Shown: positions 14,126 through 26,495, counted from the stretch's first letter. The stretch: DNA of 64,000 nt from Octopus vulgaris (GCA_951406725.2 OX597839.1:18910001-18974000); one strand, 5' to 3'. Numbers and translations are program-made. Notes: a model not told the origin generated them from the sequence alone.

Positions 14126-14494
14126 ATATCAGCAACATTAAAAAAAAAAATTTTTTTTCATACTAATGTTGCTGTTGTTATGACTAACGTTCATGAAATC
14201 ATAGATGATGGCTGTTGTTGTTGTTGGCCTATATTGTCGTTAATGTTCATATTGACACTGCAGTTCGTACTGTCGATCTTCGTGTTATTGTTGCTGCGGT
14301 CGTTATGGTTGATTTAAGAAAACAATACCATTGTTGCTTCTATTATTATTCTTCTTGTCATTTGAAACAAATGCGATTTTTTCGTTCTTATTGATGTCTT
14401 TTTTTCCTCCATCTTGCTCTTGTTTCACTCTAATTATGTTTGCCGTCGGTCACATTGTCTTAATAATTATTGATGTTTTGATCTTTCTACAGCC

Positions 14495-14499
14495 ATTAC

Positions 14500-14535
<36 letters not shown>

Positions 14536-14683
14536 TACAATTATTATTATTATTATTGTTATTATTATTATTATTATTATTACTATTACAATTATTATTA
14601 TTGTTATTATTATTATTATTACTATTATGATTATTGTTATTATTATTATCATTATTATTATTATTATTATTATGTTACTTTTA

Positions 14684-14742
<59 letters not shown>

Positions 14743-15324
14743 GTAATTATTATTATTATTATTATTATTATCATTATTATTATTATTGTAATTATTATTA
14801 TTGTTATTATTATTATTAATTTTCTTCTGATTATTATTGTTATTATTATTATCATCATTATTATTATTATTATTAATCTGATTATGACTATTGTTGATGT
14901 TGCTGCTATCATCATCATCAACATCATCATCCTTCTTGTTGCTTTTGTTGTTGCCATCATCCTCACCACCACCACCATCATCATCATCATCATTATTTTT
15001 GTTTTTGTTAAGGATATTGTTGTTATTATTATTACAGTTGTTGTTGTTATTGTTGTCGCCATCCACCACCACCACCACCACCACCACCACCACCGCTGCT
15101 TTGCTCTAATATTATGTTTGCTATAGGTCATATTTATAGTTATTCAAGCTTTGATCTTCATGTTTTTATTATTGTTGTTGTTAATATTGATGCTGTTGTT
15201 TCTATTATTACTGTTGCTCTTTTATTATTGTTCTTGTTACTATTTTTACAATTGATAATACACCCCCCCCCGTCATTATTATCATTTCAGTTTTTACTAT
15301 TATAGTTATTATTATTATTATTGC

Positions 15325-15379
<55 letters not shown>

Positions 15380-15500
15380 TCTATTGTTTTATATATCTGA
15401 CAAGAAAATTTTGTATTAAAATAGACTTAAAAATAATTGTTTTCTTCTTCTTCTTATCATCATCATCATCATTATTATATTATTATTATTATTATTATTA
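14495..15500. repeat. (TTA)n/(CAT)n/(TTG)n trinucleotide region
   Basis: Direct inspection. Confidence 0.9.
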
Positions 15501-15509
15501 TTTAGAATA

Positions 15510-15780
15510 AGGCGGCGAGCTGGCAGAAACGTTAGCACGCCGGGCGAAATGCGTAGCCGTATTACCTCTGCCGTTACGTTCTGAGTTCAAATTCCGCCGA
15601 GGTCGACTTTGCCTTTCATCCTTTCGGAGTCGATAAATTTAGTACCAGTTATGCACTGGGGTCGATGTAATCGACTTAATCCGCGCGTCTGTCCTTGTTT
15701 GTCCCCTCTGTTTTTAGAGCCTTGTGGGTAGTAAAGAAATAGGTATTTCGTCTGCCGCTACGTTCTGAGTTCAAATTCCG
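15510..15780 (+). mobile_element. SINE family B, full unit plus the start of a second unit
   Basis: ggcggcgagctggcagaaacgttagcacgccggg..., B-box gagttcaaattcc and a Meta-domain-like gcctttcatcctttcggagtcgataaatttagtaccag. Confidence 0.9.
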
Positions 15781-15789
15781 AGTTCAAAT

Positions 15790-16125
15790 TTGCGAGTTCT
15801 GTCCCACTGCATGTCACCTTGAGCAAGTGTCTTTTACTATAGCCTCGCATCGACCAAGGCCTTGTGAGTAGAATTGGTAGACGGAAACTGAAAGCAACCC
15901 ATTGTATATGTCTGTGCGTGTATTTGCCCGCCACCATCACCACTTGACAACCGGTATTGGTGTGTTTACGTCCCCGTAATCTAGCAGTTCAGTAAAATGT
16001 ACCGATAGAATAAGTACTAGGCTTAAAAAAGATAAGTCCTAGAGTCGACTTGTTCGACCGAATAAAATCCTTCAAGGCGGTGCTCCAGTATGGCCGCACT
16101 CAGATGACTGAAACAAGTGAAGTAA
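15790..16125 (+). mobile_element. SINE family A, 5'-truncated and diverged
   Basis: Homology to 40446-40875. Confidence 0.85.
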
Positions 16126-16131
16126 TAATAT

Positions 16132-16170
<39 letters not shown>

Positions 16171-16172
<2 letters not shown>

Positions 16173-16707
16173 AGTGGCTCTCGTGGCTTCTGATCTTAAC
16201 TGATTGGAAGTGTTATCATGTACATTGTTTTGTCTTGGTATAAAAGATGGGCTACAGTAAATATTCTGCTCAATACCACAGATTTGCTTGTCAGTTGTTT
16301 GACCTTAACCAGTTGAGCATGTCCCTTAGTGGCTGGCAATATGTGCATCTCTGGTCATGAGCAGAAGTAGTGGGGGAGCATCATAGCCATGTGTTGAGAG
16401 GGGTTCTTTGGGGTTTGAGTAGTTCACCTCTGGAAACATGGGTGGTTCTTTCAACATCCTTAAACAACCCTTATTCAGGGACCTTTTGAGCGGGATGGGC
16501 TACTCGACCTGAAGAAAATTCTAACTGGGCCCCACCTGCAAGGTCATGTGCTGTTTATCTTGATATGAGACCACCATGTCGCGCACATATGGTTGTGATG
16601 CATGTGCCTAGTGTACCCTTATCAGACGGGTAGTCATGATGGGTATATTGGGCTTCGTATATTTTACCCCAGTGTCCCTTTGATGGTATGCACTACTCTC
16701 TCACTCA
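16171..16707 (+). mobile_element. Retroelement 3' end embedded in (AAT)n (possibly Dong/R4-like)
   Basis: Flanked by (AAT)n on both sides; the last about 150 bp are homologous to 18543-18690. Confidence 0.6.
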
Positions 16708-16769
16708 ATAATAATAATAATAATAATAATAATTCCGTGTAATTTTTGGAAAAGGGCCATCAAATTTGA

Positions 16770-16895
16770 GGGGAGACCTCGAAAAGGATGAAAAGTGAAG
16801 ATGACGTCGGCAGAATTTGAACTGGAAACGTAAGCATTCGAAAGAAAATGCCACTAAGCATTTCGCCCGCTGCCGTCACGATTTTGCAAGATCGA
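16770..16895 (-). mobile_element. Diverged SINE family B head
   Basis: gaaaaggatgaaaag..cggcagaatttgaact..ctaagcatttcgcccg. Confidence 0.7.
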
Positions 16896-17488
16896 AAAAC
16901 AACAACAACAAGAAGAACAGCAACAACATCAATGATAAAAGCAATAATAACGATTTAATTTATATTTGTAATTGAATAAAATTATTTGAATTAGTGAGAT
17001 ATTATTAGTAAAGGTGAATGGAAGTAGTAATGGGGAGGGAGGGAATATCGATGTGTAGGGACAGGGCGGGACGCGTACTATATCATATTATTGGGAAAGC
17101 AAATGAAGAATGGAATGGTGATGGTGGAATATCCATTGAGAGTAAAAGAACGGAGGAATGTGTGATCAAAAGGAGAGGAAGGGTGGAGAGCGAGGCCGAG
17201 GGTGGGAGATGGGGGGAAATTGCCAGTAAAAGAGAAAGGAAATGGTTTATCGTTTGCTGTGATGTAAAAAAGCAGAGATTGTGAATATGTGTGTGAGAGA
17301 GAGAGGGAGAGAGAAAGAAAGAGAGAGAGAAAGAGGGAGAGAGAGATGAGAGCCACAGAAGGGTGGATGAAAGGAAAGAGGGAATTACATTGTATGTACA
17401 TACATGTATACACACACACACACATATATATATATGAAATACGTATTCACACACATATATGTGTGTAGATACACATGTCTTATATTCC

Positions 17489-17524
<36 letters not shown>

Positions 17525-17719
17525 TGTGCGTATATGGATATATGTATGCATATGTGTATATGTATATATATCCATCCATATATATATGTATATATCCATC
17601 TCTATAAGTGTATATATTTATACGCACACATATATACATGCACAAACACACACATCCGTTTGCACATAAATACATACATACACGTACACACTCGATACGC
17701 ACATATATGCATACAAATA

Positions 17720-17778
<59 letters not shown>

Positions 17779-17895
17779 ACATATACATATTTACGGAGGG
17801 AGACAGTGAGAGAGAAAGAGAGAGAGAGAGAGAGATGGCGAAGAGACACCAAAGTTGAATAAGGATAAAAATATTGAAATGAACGAACAAAAGAA

Positions 17896-17954
<59 letters not shown>

Positions 17955-18542
17955 TTTAATGGCCAAACATCGCTTGCGTGTTCGAACCATTGCACTGAGA
18001 TTTTTATAGTTCCATATCTAGTCTCTCATTGGTGATTATAGTAACCAATCAGATATATGATAGAAAATATAAAGTAGAACACAGTCAGAGGACATCCGCC
18101 ATTTTAACTGTTGAGACGCTGAAGATAGAAGTGTTAAGGCATTAAACAGATCAGGAAAAAAAATCCAAACTGATTTGCTTGTGAACACGGAAGGATAAAT
18201 AAAGACAAAATAACACTGATAAAAGAAAACAAGCAAACAGTAAAATGAAAATAATAAATTGATGGATGTGGGAATTGTGGAGTTATGGAGACAGTAGGGT
18301 GTCGACCTATTGGTATATAAGTACAGTCGTATGCAGAGATAGGCACATGTTAAACAGCGGTTATTTCTTTGAAAAGAAAGCTTGAAAATTTGAACGGAAT
18401 TTTCAGTCGCGATTGTGGAGACTCGATACTGTGACTAGAGTCAGATTTATGGAAAATTTCGTGTCAAATAGAACTTTGTTATTTATGTTATAATAATAAT
18501 AATAATAATAATAATGATAATAATAATAATAATAATGATATT

Positions 18543-18689
18543 CATGAGGTCACCATGTCATGCACATACGCTTGTGATGCATGTACCTGGTGTACCCTTA
18601 TCAGACGGGTAGTCATGATGGGTATACTAGGCTTTGTATATTTTATCCCAGTGTCACTTTGATGGCATGCACTGCTCTCTCACTCACTC

Positions 18690-18690
<1 letters not shown>
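18543..18690 (+). mobile_element. Shorter 5'-truncated copy of the (AAT)n-embedded retroelement 3' end
   Basis: gtgtacccttatcagacgggtagtcatgatgggtata is identical to 16611-16647; (AAT)n flanks. Confidence 0.7.
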
Positions 18691-18742
<52 letters not shown>

Positions 18743-19239
18743 TAAATTCTGATTTTATTGGCCACAAGGGCTAATATAAAATCATGTAAGGACAAACACA
18801 GGACGAGAAAAACGAAGGGTTTTGCAAAAGGAAAGGTCCGTATGAACATATGATAACTAGAGAAATTTAACAAGTAAAAAACTCCCAATAGTTGGAGGCG
18901 CTTTGAAAGGTTACTCGTGAAAAAACACATAACAGCCACAGGAGTCTGGTCAAACATGGAGAGTGCCCCTTCTTTTATATTCCTTTTTTTTTACAGGTGT
19001 AATCTCAGAATTAGTCCAATCATACTAGCCATTTTACAATAATAATATAAGAATGCTTGTGTCACACAGCCAACTAGAAACGGTGTTTCTTGGGGCTAAA
19101 TAGCTGTAGCATTCTTCCCTTTCCTGGGACTGCCACATTAAGTTGGTAACAAACCATCACTTTACCGTACGGCTACTGCATAACTCTCTCTGAGAGTTTT
19201 AGCGATGCAATATTTCTAATTTTATATATATCTTCTGTT

Positions 19240-19585
19240 ATTCTTTTACTTGTTTCAGTCATTTCACCGCGGTCATGCTGGCGCACCGCCTTGAAGGTTT
19301 ATATTATTGGAACAAATCGAACTCCGGACAGTTATTCAAAGTGTAGTATTTATTCTATCTCTTTTGCCGAAAGCTAAGTTACGGCGACATAGACGCGCCA
19401 AGTGATGATGGGGGATAAGACTCTGAGCCAAACACACACACACACACTCACGCGCACAGACACACACTCATACACATCTACTACGACGGTCTTCTTTCAG
19501 TTTGCGTCTACCAAATACAGTCACAAAGCCTGGGTTGACCGGAGGCTATAGTAGAAGACACTTGCTAATGGTGTCACTCGGTTCC
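19240..19585 (-). mobile_element. SINE family A, diverged
   Basis: Homology to 8113-8510. Confidence 0.85.
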
Positions 19586-19701
19586 CATGACATACAAGTA
19601 AGTGAGATCCCAGCGATCCTCCTGACAGACCTCCGGTCCATTGCAGGGCCAAGGTCAGCAATTTTTGAGGAATGTAAGTCGATTATATCAACCGCAGTTG
19701 T

Positions 19702-20010
19702 GGAGGCACAATGGCCCAGTGGTTAGGGCAGCGGACTCGCGGTCGGAGGATCACGGTTTCGATTCCCAGACCGGGCGTTGTGGGTGTTTATTGAGCGAAA
19801 ACACCTAAAAAGCTCCACGAGGCTCCGGCAGGGGATTGTGGAGATCCCTGTTGTACTCTTTCGCCACAACTTTCTCTCACACTCTCTTCCTGTTTCTTGA
19901 GTAACGCTGCGATGGACTGGCGTCGCGTCCAGCTGGGGAGAACACATACGCCACAGAAACCGGGAAACCGGGCCCATGAGCCTGGCTAGGCTTGAAAAGG
20001 GCGACGTTTA
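19702..20010 (+). mobile_element. Chimeric SINE: family D head and body with family C tail
   Basis: 19702-19897 matches 35510-35685; 19898-20005 matches about 57233-57335. Confidence 0.85.
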
Positions 20011-20019
20011 TCGTTTTTT

Positions 20020-20170
20020 TATTCAACTGGCACTTTATTTTATCAACTCCGAAGGGATGAAAGGCAAAGCTGACCTGAATAGGGTTTGAACTCAGAACAT
20101 AAAGATCCAAAAGAAAAAACCGCTAAGCACTTTGTCTGTCGCTCTCACGATTCTGCCAGTTCTCCAACTT
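20020..20170 (-). mobile_element. SINE family B fragment
   Basis: cgaagggatgaaaggcaaag..tttgaactcagaac..cgattctgccag. Confidence 0.75.
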
Positions 20171-20554
20171 CCTCAAAGACTGCACCCACTTTACTTAAAC
20201 ACTTTACATTTAACGCCATCTTACTGACTCTGTGCTAACGTAAAAAAAAAGTATTCATTAATTGTTATGAATATTAATGATATTATTTCATAATTATTTC
20301 CCACAAAATTTATGATATAATAATGTAAAGCAGACGAGATACGAAATTTAGCAATAAAAAAAAAGCAATACGAGGAAATCTAATTAAATATTAATGTCTA
20401 TTAACTAGCTATCATTCGGCGACAGATATAATTAGAAAAAAAAACTGATCTACTGCTAATTAAAAATGAATAATAAAAGACAATTTTGTTTTAATCCTGA
20501 CGTTAATATACTTAGTATTATAAATACTGCTATTTAATGGAGTCGAAGAAGTCT

Positions 20555-21255
20555 GCGAGCCGTCAGAACCGTTATCAATTCGGTCAAAATGCTTAGCGGC
20601 ATTTCTTACGGATTTAGGTTCTGAGTTGAAATGCTGCAGAGATCGATTTTGCCTTTCATCCCTTCAGGGTCAATAAAATAAATACCAGTTGAGCTCTGGG
20701 TTTGAAATAATCGACTTGGGCCTTGTGCCAAGATTTCTGGCTTTGTGCCAAAATTAGGAAGAAAATGATTGTTAAAAACACCAAAGAGCCAACGCTGCGA
20801 TTAAATAGAAAAAATAAACGATCAAATAAAACTGAAGGTGGTGAGCAGGAAAAAATCGGTAGCGCATCGGATCAAATCCTTAGCGATATTTCTCCCAGGT
20901 CTTTAATTTCTGAGTTCATATCCCACCGCGGTCTACTTTGCTTTTCATCCCTTCGGGGTCGATAAAATAAAGTAGTTGCGAAGTAATGTGGTCGATGAGT
21001 CGATGTAATTGACTTGTTCCTGTTTTCAAAATTACTGACTTTGAGCCAAAATTACAGATAAAATTTTAATTTTATTAAAAACAACAAAGATACAATGTTG
21101 TAATTCAAACAAATAATACAATATCCTTTTCTACTCAAGGCACAAGGCCCGAAATTTTTGGGGACGGAGCCAGTAGCTCGAACCCAGTACGCAACTGGTA
21201 CTTAATTTGTCGGCCCCGAAAGGATGAAAGGCAAAGTAGACCTTGGCTGAATTTC
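20555..21255. mobile_element. Three diverged SINE family B copies (+ 20555-20760, + 20835-21055, - 21120-21255)
   Basis: The central gcctttcatcccttcagggtcaataaaataa motif is present in each copy. Confidence 0.75.
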
Positions 21256-21654
21256 ATCTCGAAACCTTTGAATAATTTTCTTCTGGCGCTCGGCATAAAT
21301 ATAGCTTTACACCTGATCTAGGGACGCAACTATTGGCTCTGACGAAGGAAACTTGACACTTCGACGAGAATTGAAAGAATAAACTATCCATTATTAAATG
21401 AGGGAAACGCTGAAACCCTGGGTAATTGTCTTCTGATCTAATTCTCAAGTTTACTGCTTTGTGTATCTTGGGAGGGCCATTAGGCTAATAAGGAACAACC
21501 ACACACACATTGTTTGTATTTCACTTCTTTATTCTTATTTGTCGATTGGTTTATCATTTAACTAATGAACAAATCGCTTGCTTCATTAATGGTTTGGTCA
21601 ATCATTCATTCAGTCAGACTTTTTCGAAGTTTGTTTAACAGAAATATCTCAATA

Positions 21655-21831
21655 CAGTTCTATATTTAAGAGATGAGGAATTAAGTACATTATTTACATT
21701 TGACGGGTATTTGTCCTCATCTTGTTTGTTGTTAACACAATGTTTCCACTGATACACCCTCCAGCCTTCATCAGGTGTCTTGGGGAAACTTCGAACCTGG
21801 ATTCTCATTCTTAAAGTATTTTTCGTTCTAA

Positions 21832-21892
<61 letters not shown>

Positions 21893-22043
21893 TTGCATCG
21901 AAAAATACTTTAGGAATGAGAACCCAGGTTCGAAGTTTCCCCAAGACACCTGATGAAGGCTGGAGGGTATATCAGTCGAAACGTTGTGTTAATAACAAAC
22001 AAGATGGGGACAAATATCAATCAAATGTAAATAATGTAAATAA
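21655..22043. mobile_element. Inverted (head-to-head) dimer of the family E Penelope-like tail around an (AAT)n spacer, with a 15-bp TSD
   Basis: 21655-21825 is the reverse complement of the E tail and 21899-22043 is the forward E tail; flanks are agaaatatctcaata (21640-21654) and agaaatatcacaata (22044-22058). Confidence 0.88.
21945..21990 (+). ncRNA. Minimal type I hammerhead ribozyme motif (Penelope-type)
   Basis: gacac-CTGATGA-a-ggctg..cagtc-GAAA-CGTT-gtgtt; stems I and II pair and stem III is the palindromic ACGT. A degenerate minus-strand copy lies at 21734-21779. Confidence 0.7.
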
Positions 22044-22059
22044 AGAAATATCACAATAA

Positions 22060-22270
22060 TATTATACAAATAAAAATGATAGTTGTAATTTTAGGGACTC
22101 TAATAAATGTCCATTAGATAAACAATGCTTTGAAAAGAACCTCATTTATAGATGCTCAGCTGTTACAGGTAAAACAGTTTACCATTACATAGGCTGTTGC
22201 GCAACCGTTATCACATGTCGATATTATAACAACGTCTTTTCATTTGGGAATAAGGAAAGATCGACCTCAT
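22060..22270 (+). pseudogene. Penelope-like element GIY-YIG endonuclease remnant (Naiad-like)
   Basis: Manual translation, not in the ORF track: DSCNFRDSNKCPLDKQCFEKNLIYRCSAVTGKTVYHYIGCCATVITCRYYNNVFSF, matching the Cys-rich knuckle (CxC..CPL..C, one Cys lost) plus IY...YIG...R pattern. Confidence 0.75.
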
Positions 22271-22526
22271 CTAATAGAATGTTCAGGAAAAGTTATGCGT
22301 ATACATATGTAGTTGAGAAATTATATATGTATCTATGTATATGTGTGTGCGTGTACGTGTGTGAGTGGGTGTAATCTCAGAAGCAAATACACTGATATCT
22401 CAGAAATAAATAGACACCCCTCATTATAAGAGCGTTGTGTGTATGTGCGTGTATTTACACACCTATATGCATACATATTTATATATATGTGTACATATAT
22501 ATATCGTATATATAAATGTAATAATA

Positions 22527-22563
<37 letters not shown>

Positions 22564-22577
22564 CTAATTATATATAC

Positions 22578-22622
<45 letters not shown>

Positions 22623-22655
22623 GTAATTATGTATATATATATAAATGTAATTATA

Positions 22656-22687
<32 letters not shown>

Positions 22688-22764
22688 AATGTAATTATGT
22701 ATATATATATATATAAATGTAATTATATATATGTATGTGTTTGAGATATTAATATACATACGCA

Positions 22765-22819
<55 letters not shown>

Positions 22820-23219
22820 GAACACATGCATACGCAAAGTGGGTTTCTAAGCATTAATAAAAGCAGGAGGGGGAAACAGGATATTAAATGAAAGGGGAAT
22901 AAATCCGCCGCTGCTGCTGCTGCTGCTGCTCAGACTGCTCATTGCTCTCGAACATTGACAGTGACAAGTGTATTAACATTAAGACCTTTGCAATGAGATA
23001 TTTCAACAGATATACGTGTCAACCTATTTGACAAAATGCTGCATTAAAAGTAGTTTTTCTTTTTAAATACAGATTTGTTGTTGTTGTTGTTGTTGTTGTT
23101 GCTGTTGTTTATGTTATTTGCTTGTTTGTTTGTTTGCATTTGAAAAAAAAAAACTTATGTAAAGATATTAAAAAAAAAATATAAACGTCGAAATTATTCG
23201 CAGATTGCAATAATTGCCA

Positions 23220-23620
23220 TTATCGTCATCATCGTTATCGTCATGATTATGGACACTCTACTCATCCTCGTCACCATCATCACACCATCGTTGTCGTCAT
23301 CCTCCTCCTCATCATCATCATCATAATCCTCACCATCACTGTCGTCATCATCCTAATCATCATCATCATCAACGTCGCCGTCGTCATCATCATCAACGTC
23401 GCCGTCGTCATCATCATCAACGTCTCCGTCGTCATCATCATCATCCTCAACATCGTCATCATCAACGTCGTCGTCATCATCATCATCATCATCATAATTC
23501 TCACCACCACTGTTGTCATCATAATCATCATCATCATCATCATCAATATCGCTGTCATCATCATCATCATCATCATCATCGTCATGAACATTATCATCAT
23601 CTTCGTCATCGTCATCATCA
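23220..23620. repeat. (CAT/CGT)n trinucleotide array
   Basis: Direct inspection. Confidence 0.95.
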
Positions 23621-24051
23621 TGTACTGTTCAGACACTTTTCCTACTTCACGAAGGTGTTTTAGGATCTAAGTGTGACTTGAGTTGAACAGTTCTATCAAA
23701 TTCCTGCGCAGTTTTCTTCGATTTTCCACAGCTCTGCATTTCGGAAGCTTTACATTGCTAAAACTTGACTGTCCGGATCGAGAAAACACCGCGAGAGAAA
23801 AATGTCTCCTGTGATAATGACCAAACAATCTTTATAATGTCCGAACACACAAAACCTCATTTCTATAGACCGAACAAATATTTCATGTCGTTTTCATTGT
23901 CGTAGAGCCCCTTTTTAGCTCGTACAACCCACATTATCCGATATGGGTCCAGTGTAAATCGCATTTTACCCCTTTCGATACCAACCCGCCCGAGACCATT
24001 TTTAGTTCTGTGATACAAACTCCTTGTTTTTTATTAAAAAACAGTAAAGTT

Positions 24052-24298
24052 ACTTCTCGAGTCATACCGACTGATAAGGGCCGGTTTCTCGGTCCCCATG
24101 GCATATATATATATTCCCCACCAGAATGGGATGCCGGTCCGTCGTAGGATTTATCATTTTTGCCAGCTGAGTGGAGGGGAACAACATGAAATGAAGTGTT
24201 TTGCACAAGAACACAACGCGTCGCCTGGTCCAGGAATCGAAACCGCAATCTTACGATCATGAGTCTAATACCCTAAACACTAAGCCACGCGCCTTCAC
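24052..24298 (-). mobile_element. SINE family C with a variant tail
   Basis: Minus-strand head gtgaaggcgcgtggcttagtg..ggtttcgattcctggacc and tail ...cagtcggtatgactcgagaag. Confidence 0.85.
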
Positions 24299-24362
24299 CT
24301 TGATTTATAGTGAAACAAATGAAAACCTTCCATCATTATGTCATATTAATTATGTTCCAAAC

Positions 24363-24588
24363 ACCACTTTAGCATTTAATCCGGTCATATACACCTAAAA
24401 TATGCAACCTGTTTCATGTTTATACTGGCCAGATCTGGCATCTTTCACTTATCCGACAATGTTATTCTAAAAATAAACACTCACATCATCGAAGCCTTGA
24501 GGCTTCGTGGTAATGCAAGATTAATACAAAATGATGTGAATAAATAATCCTTGCATTCGACAGAATAATCTGAATGCTAAAGGGTTAA
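24363..24588. mobile_element. TTAA-type (piggyBac-like) MITE
   Basis: Termini (c)actttagcatt and aatgctaaaggg-TTAA. Confidence 0.6.
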
Positions 24589-24591
24589 TGA

Positions 24592-25022
24592 GGATTTCAA
24601 ATTTGGCACAAGGCCAGCAGTTTCAAGGAGAAGGAGGGGTAAATATATTACATCGATCCCAGTGATCTGTTGTTACTTGTTTTATGAATGTTGAAGGGAT
24701 GACAGACAAAGACGAATTTAGCGGCGGCGCGATTTGAACTCAGAATGTAAGGACGGACGAAATGCTTCTACGCATTTCGCCCCGCGTGGTAACGACTCTG
24801 CCAACTCAGCACATCACACCAGTTTAATATTGATTTCAAAGTTTGGCACAAGACCAGCAATTTCAGGGGACAGGGTAAGTCGATTACATCATTAACTGTT
24901 ACTTATTCTTTCGAGCCCCCAGAGGATGAAAAGCAAAGTCGACTTCGCCGGCGGAATTTGAACTCAGAATGTATGGACGGACGAAATGCCGTTCGGCATG
25001 ATAACGAATCAGGCTCACCGCC
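24592..25022 (-). mobile_element. Two tandem diverged SINE family B copies (24592-24810 and 24832-25022)
   Basis: gatttcaaatttggcacaag..gatttgaactcagaatgta..gacggacgaaatgc occurs twice. Confidence 0.8.
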
Positions 25023-25085
25023 TGACACCAGTTTAATACTGACAAATTAATTTTACTAAAATCGTCATTAATTTCAAAATTTATT

Positions 25086-25990
25086 GGAAGAAAGGACTGT
25101 ATTACATGGGAAAATGCGAGTAACGGAAATAATGTTCTTAAGATTATAAACCTGGAAAATTACTGGACAAGTTATTACACTCGGAAAGGCTCAGGACAAC
25201 TAATTACATCTGGTAAAGTATAGAACTAGGAAATTTTTTATTTAAAATTTTGCCGCTAAGGAAAAAATTTCAAATAAAATATTTAGATTTAGAAAATATT
25301 AATCTTTTATTAAAACTAAAAATTTTATTACAAATTATTACTTCTATTTGTTATTACTTGTTACTGCTATTAAAAATTTAAAAAATAACTCAGTTAAAAT
25401 ATTTTTTGTACTTTAAAAAAATTCATTTTTAATATTATTAATAATTAGAAATTTAAAAATACGTTATAAAAATAATAGTAGTACATGATTAGTTAGTACA
25501 ATAAATAGAGTAATACAAAAATTAGTAATACATTACAGTAAAAACTACCTAGAACAACAAATTCACAGTAAAATTTACTTGAGATATTGCCTAAGTTATT
25601 GCCTAGTCTTCACATTTTTAGTCTTGACCCAATGCCCATTTTTTACATAATGAATTTGCCCACCATATATACTATTCTGCTTTGCATAAAACTTTACCAG
25701 TCTTGGTACTTCTGGCTCTCATTTTTTAAGTATTCTAGTGTGTCAATATTTTAACAAAATAATGGTACCTTTTTTAATTATAATGTTACTTTGTAAATTA
25801 AAATCAAATAATGTTTAGTATTCAAATTTTATCCTTAGTAAAAAATTTCTTGTTCTGTACTTTCCTAGATGTAATAAGCTGTTCTGAGCTCTTCCAAGTG
25901 TAGTAACTTGTACTGAAATTTACTAGGTTTATAATCTTAGGAATATTATTTCTCTTGCTCGCATTTTTCCATGTAATCCATGTTTTTTCC
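25086..25990. mobile_element. About 900-bp foldback/MITE with diverged TIRs of about 180 bp
   Basis: attacatgggaaaatgcgag..taagattataaacct vs aggtttataatctta..ctcgcatttttccatgtaat; AT-rich non-coding interior. Confidence 0.8.
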
Positions 25991-26149
25991 AGGTTATGCT
26001 GTTATGCTAATTAATAATGCGTCAAATGTGTCTTTTACATCACTCGTCTTTCACACAAGAATCCTCGGTACACTGTACTTTGTTAACTTCCACTGTATAA
26101 AGATAATTTTATTTTGATATATTTTAATCAATTATTTGGCAAATATACA

Positions 26150-26495
26150 CAGGTATAGCTGCGTCGTTCAGGTGTTTGCTTTTGGTTCGGTCTCACTGCG
26201 TGGCACTTGAGGCAACAGTCTTCTACCCGAGCCCAAAAGCGACCTATGCTTTGTGAGAGGATTTGGCAGATGGAAACCGCGTGGAAGCCCATCGAATATA
26301 TATATCATGTGTGTGTTTGTGTGTCTTTGTGTTTGTGCTCCCTTAACATCGTGGTTCCGCAACGGAGTCTCAATAAAATGAATAGTAGACTTTGAAAAAA
26401 TTTTCTGGGGATCGATTTTTCCAACTAAACTCTTGAAGTGGGTGCCCCAGCATTGCCAGAATCCAATGCTGGAATCGAGGCTAAAAGATAAAAGG
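26150..26495 (+). mobile_element. SINE family A, old copy
   Basis: Homology to other family A copies. Confidence 0.8.
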
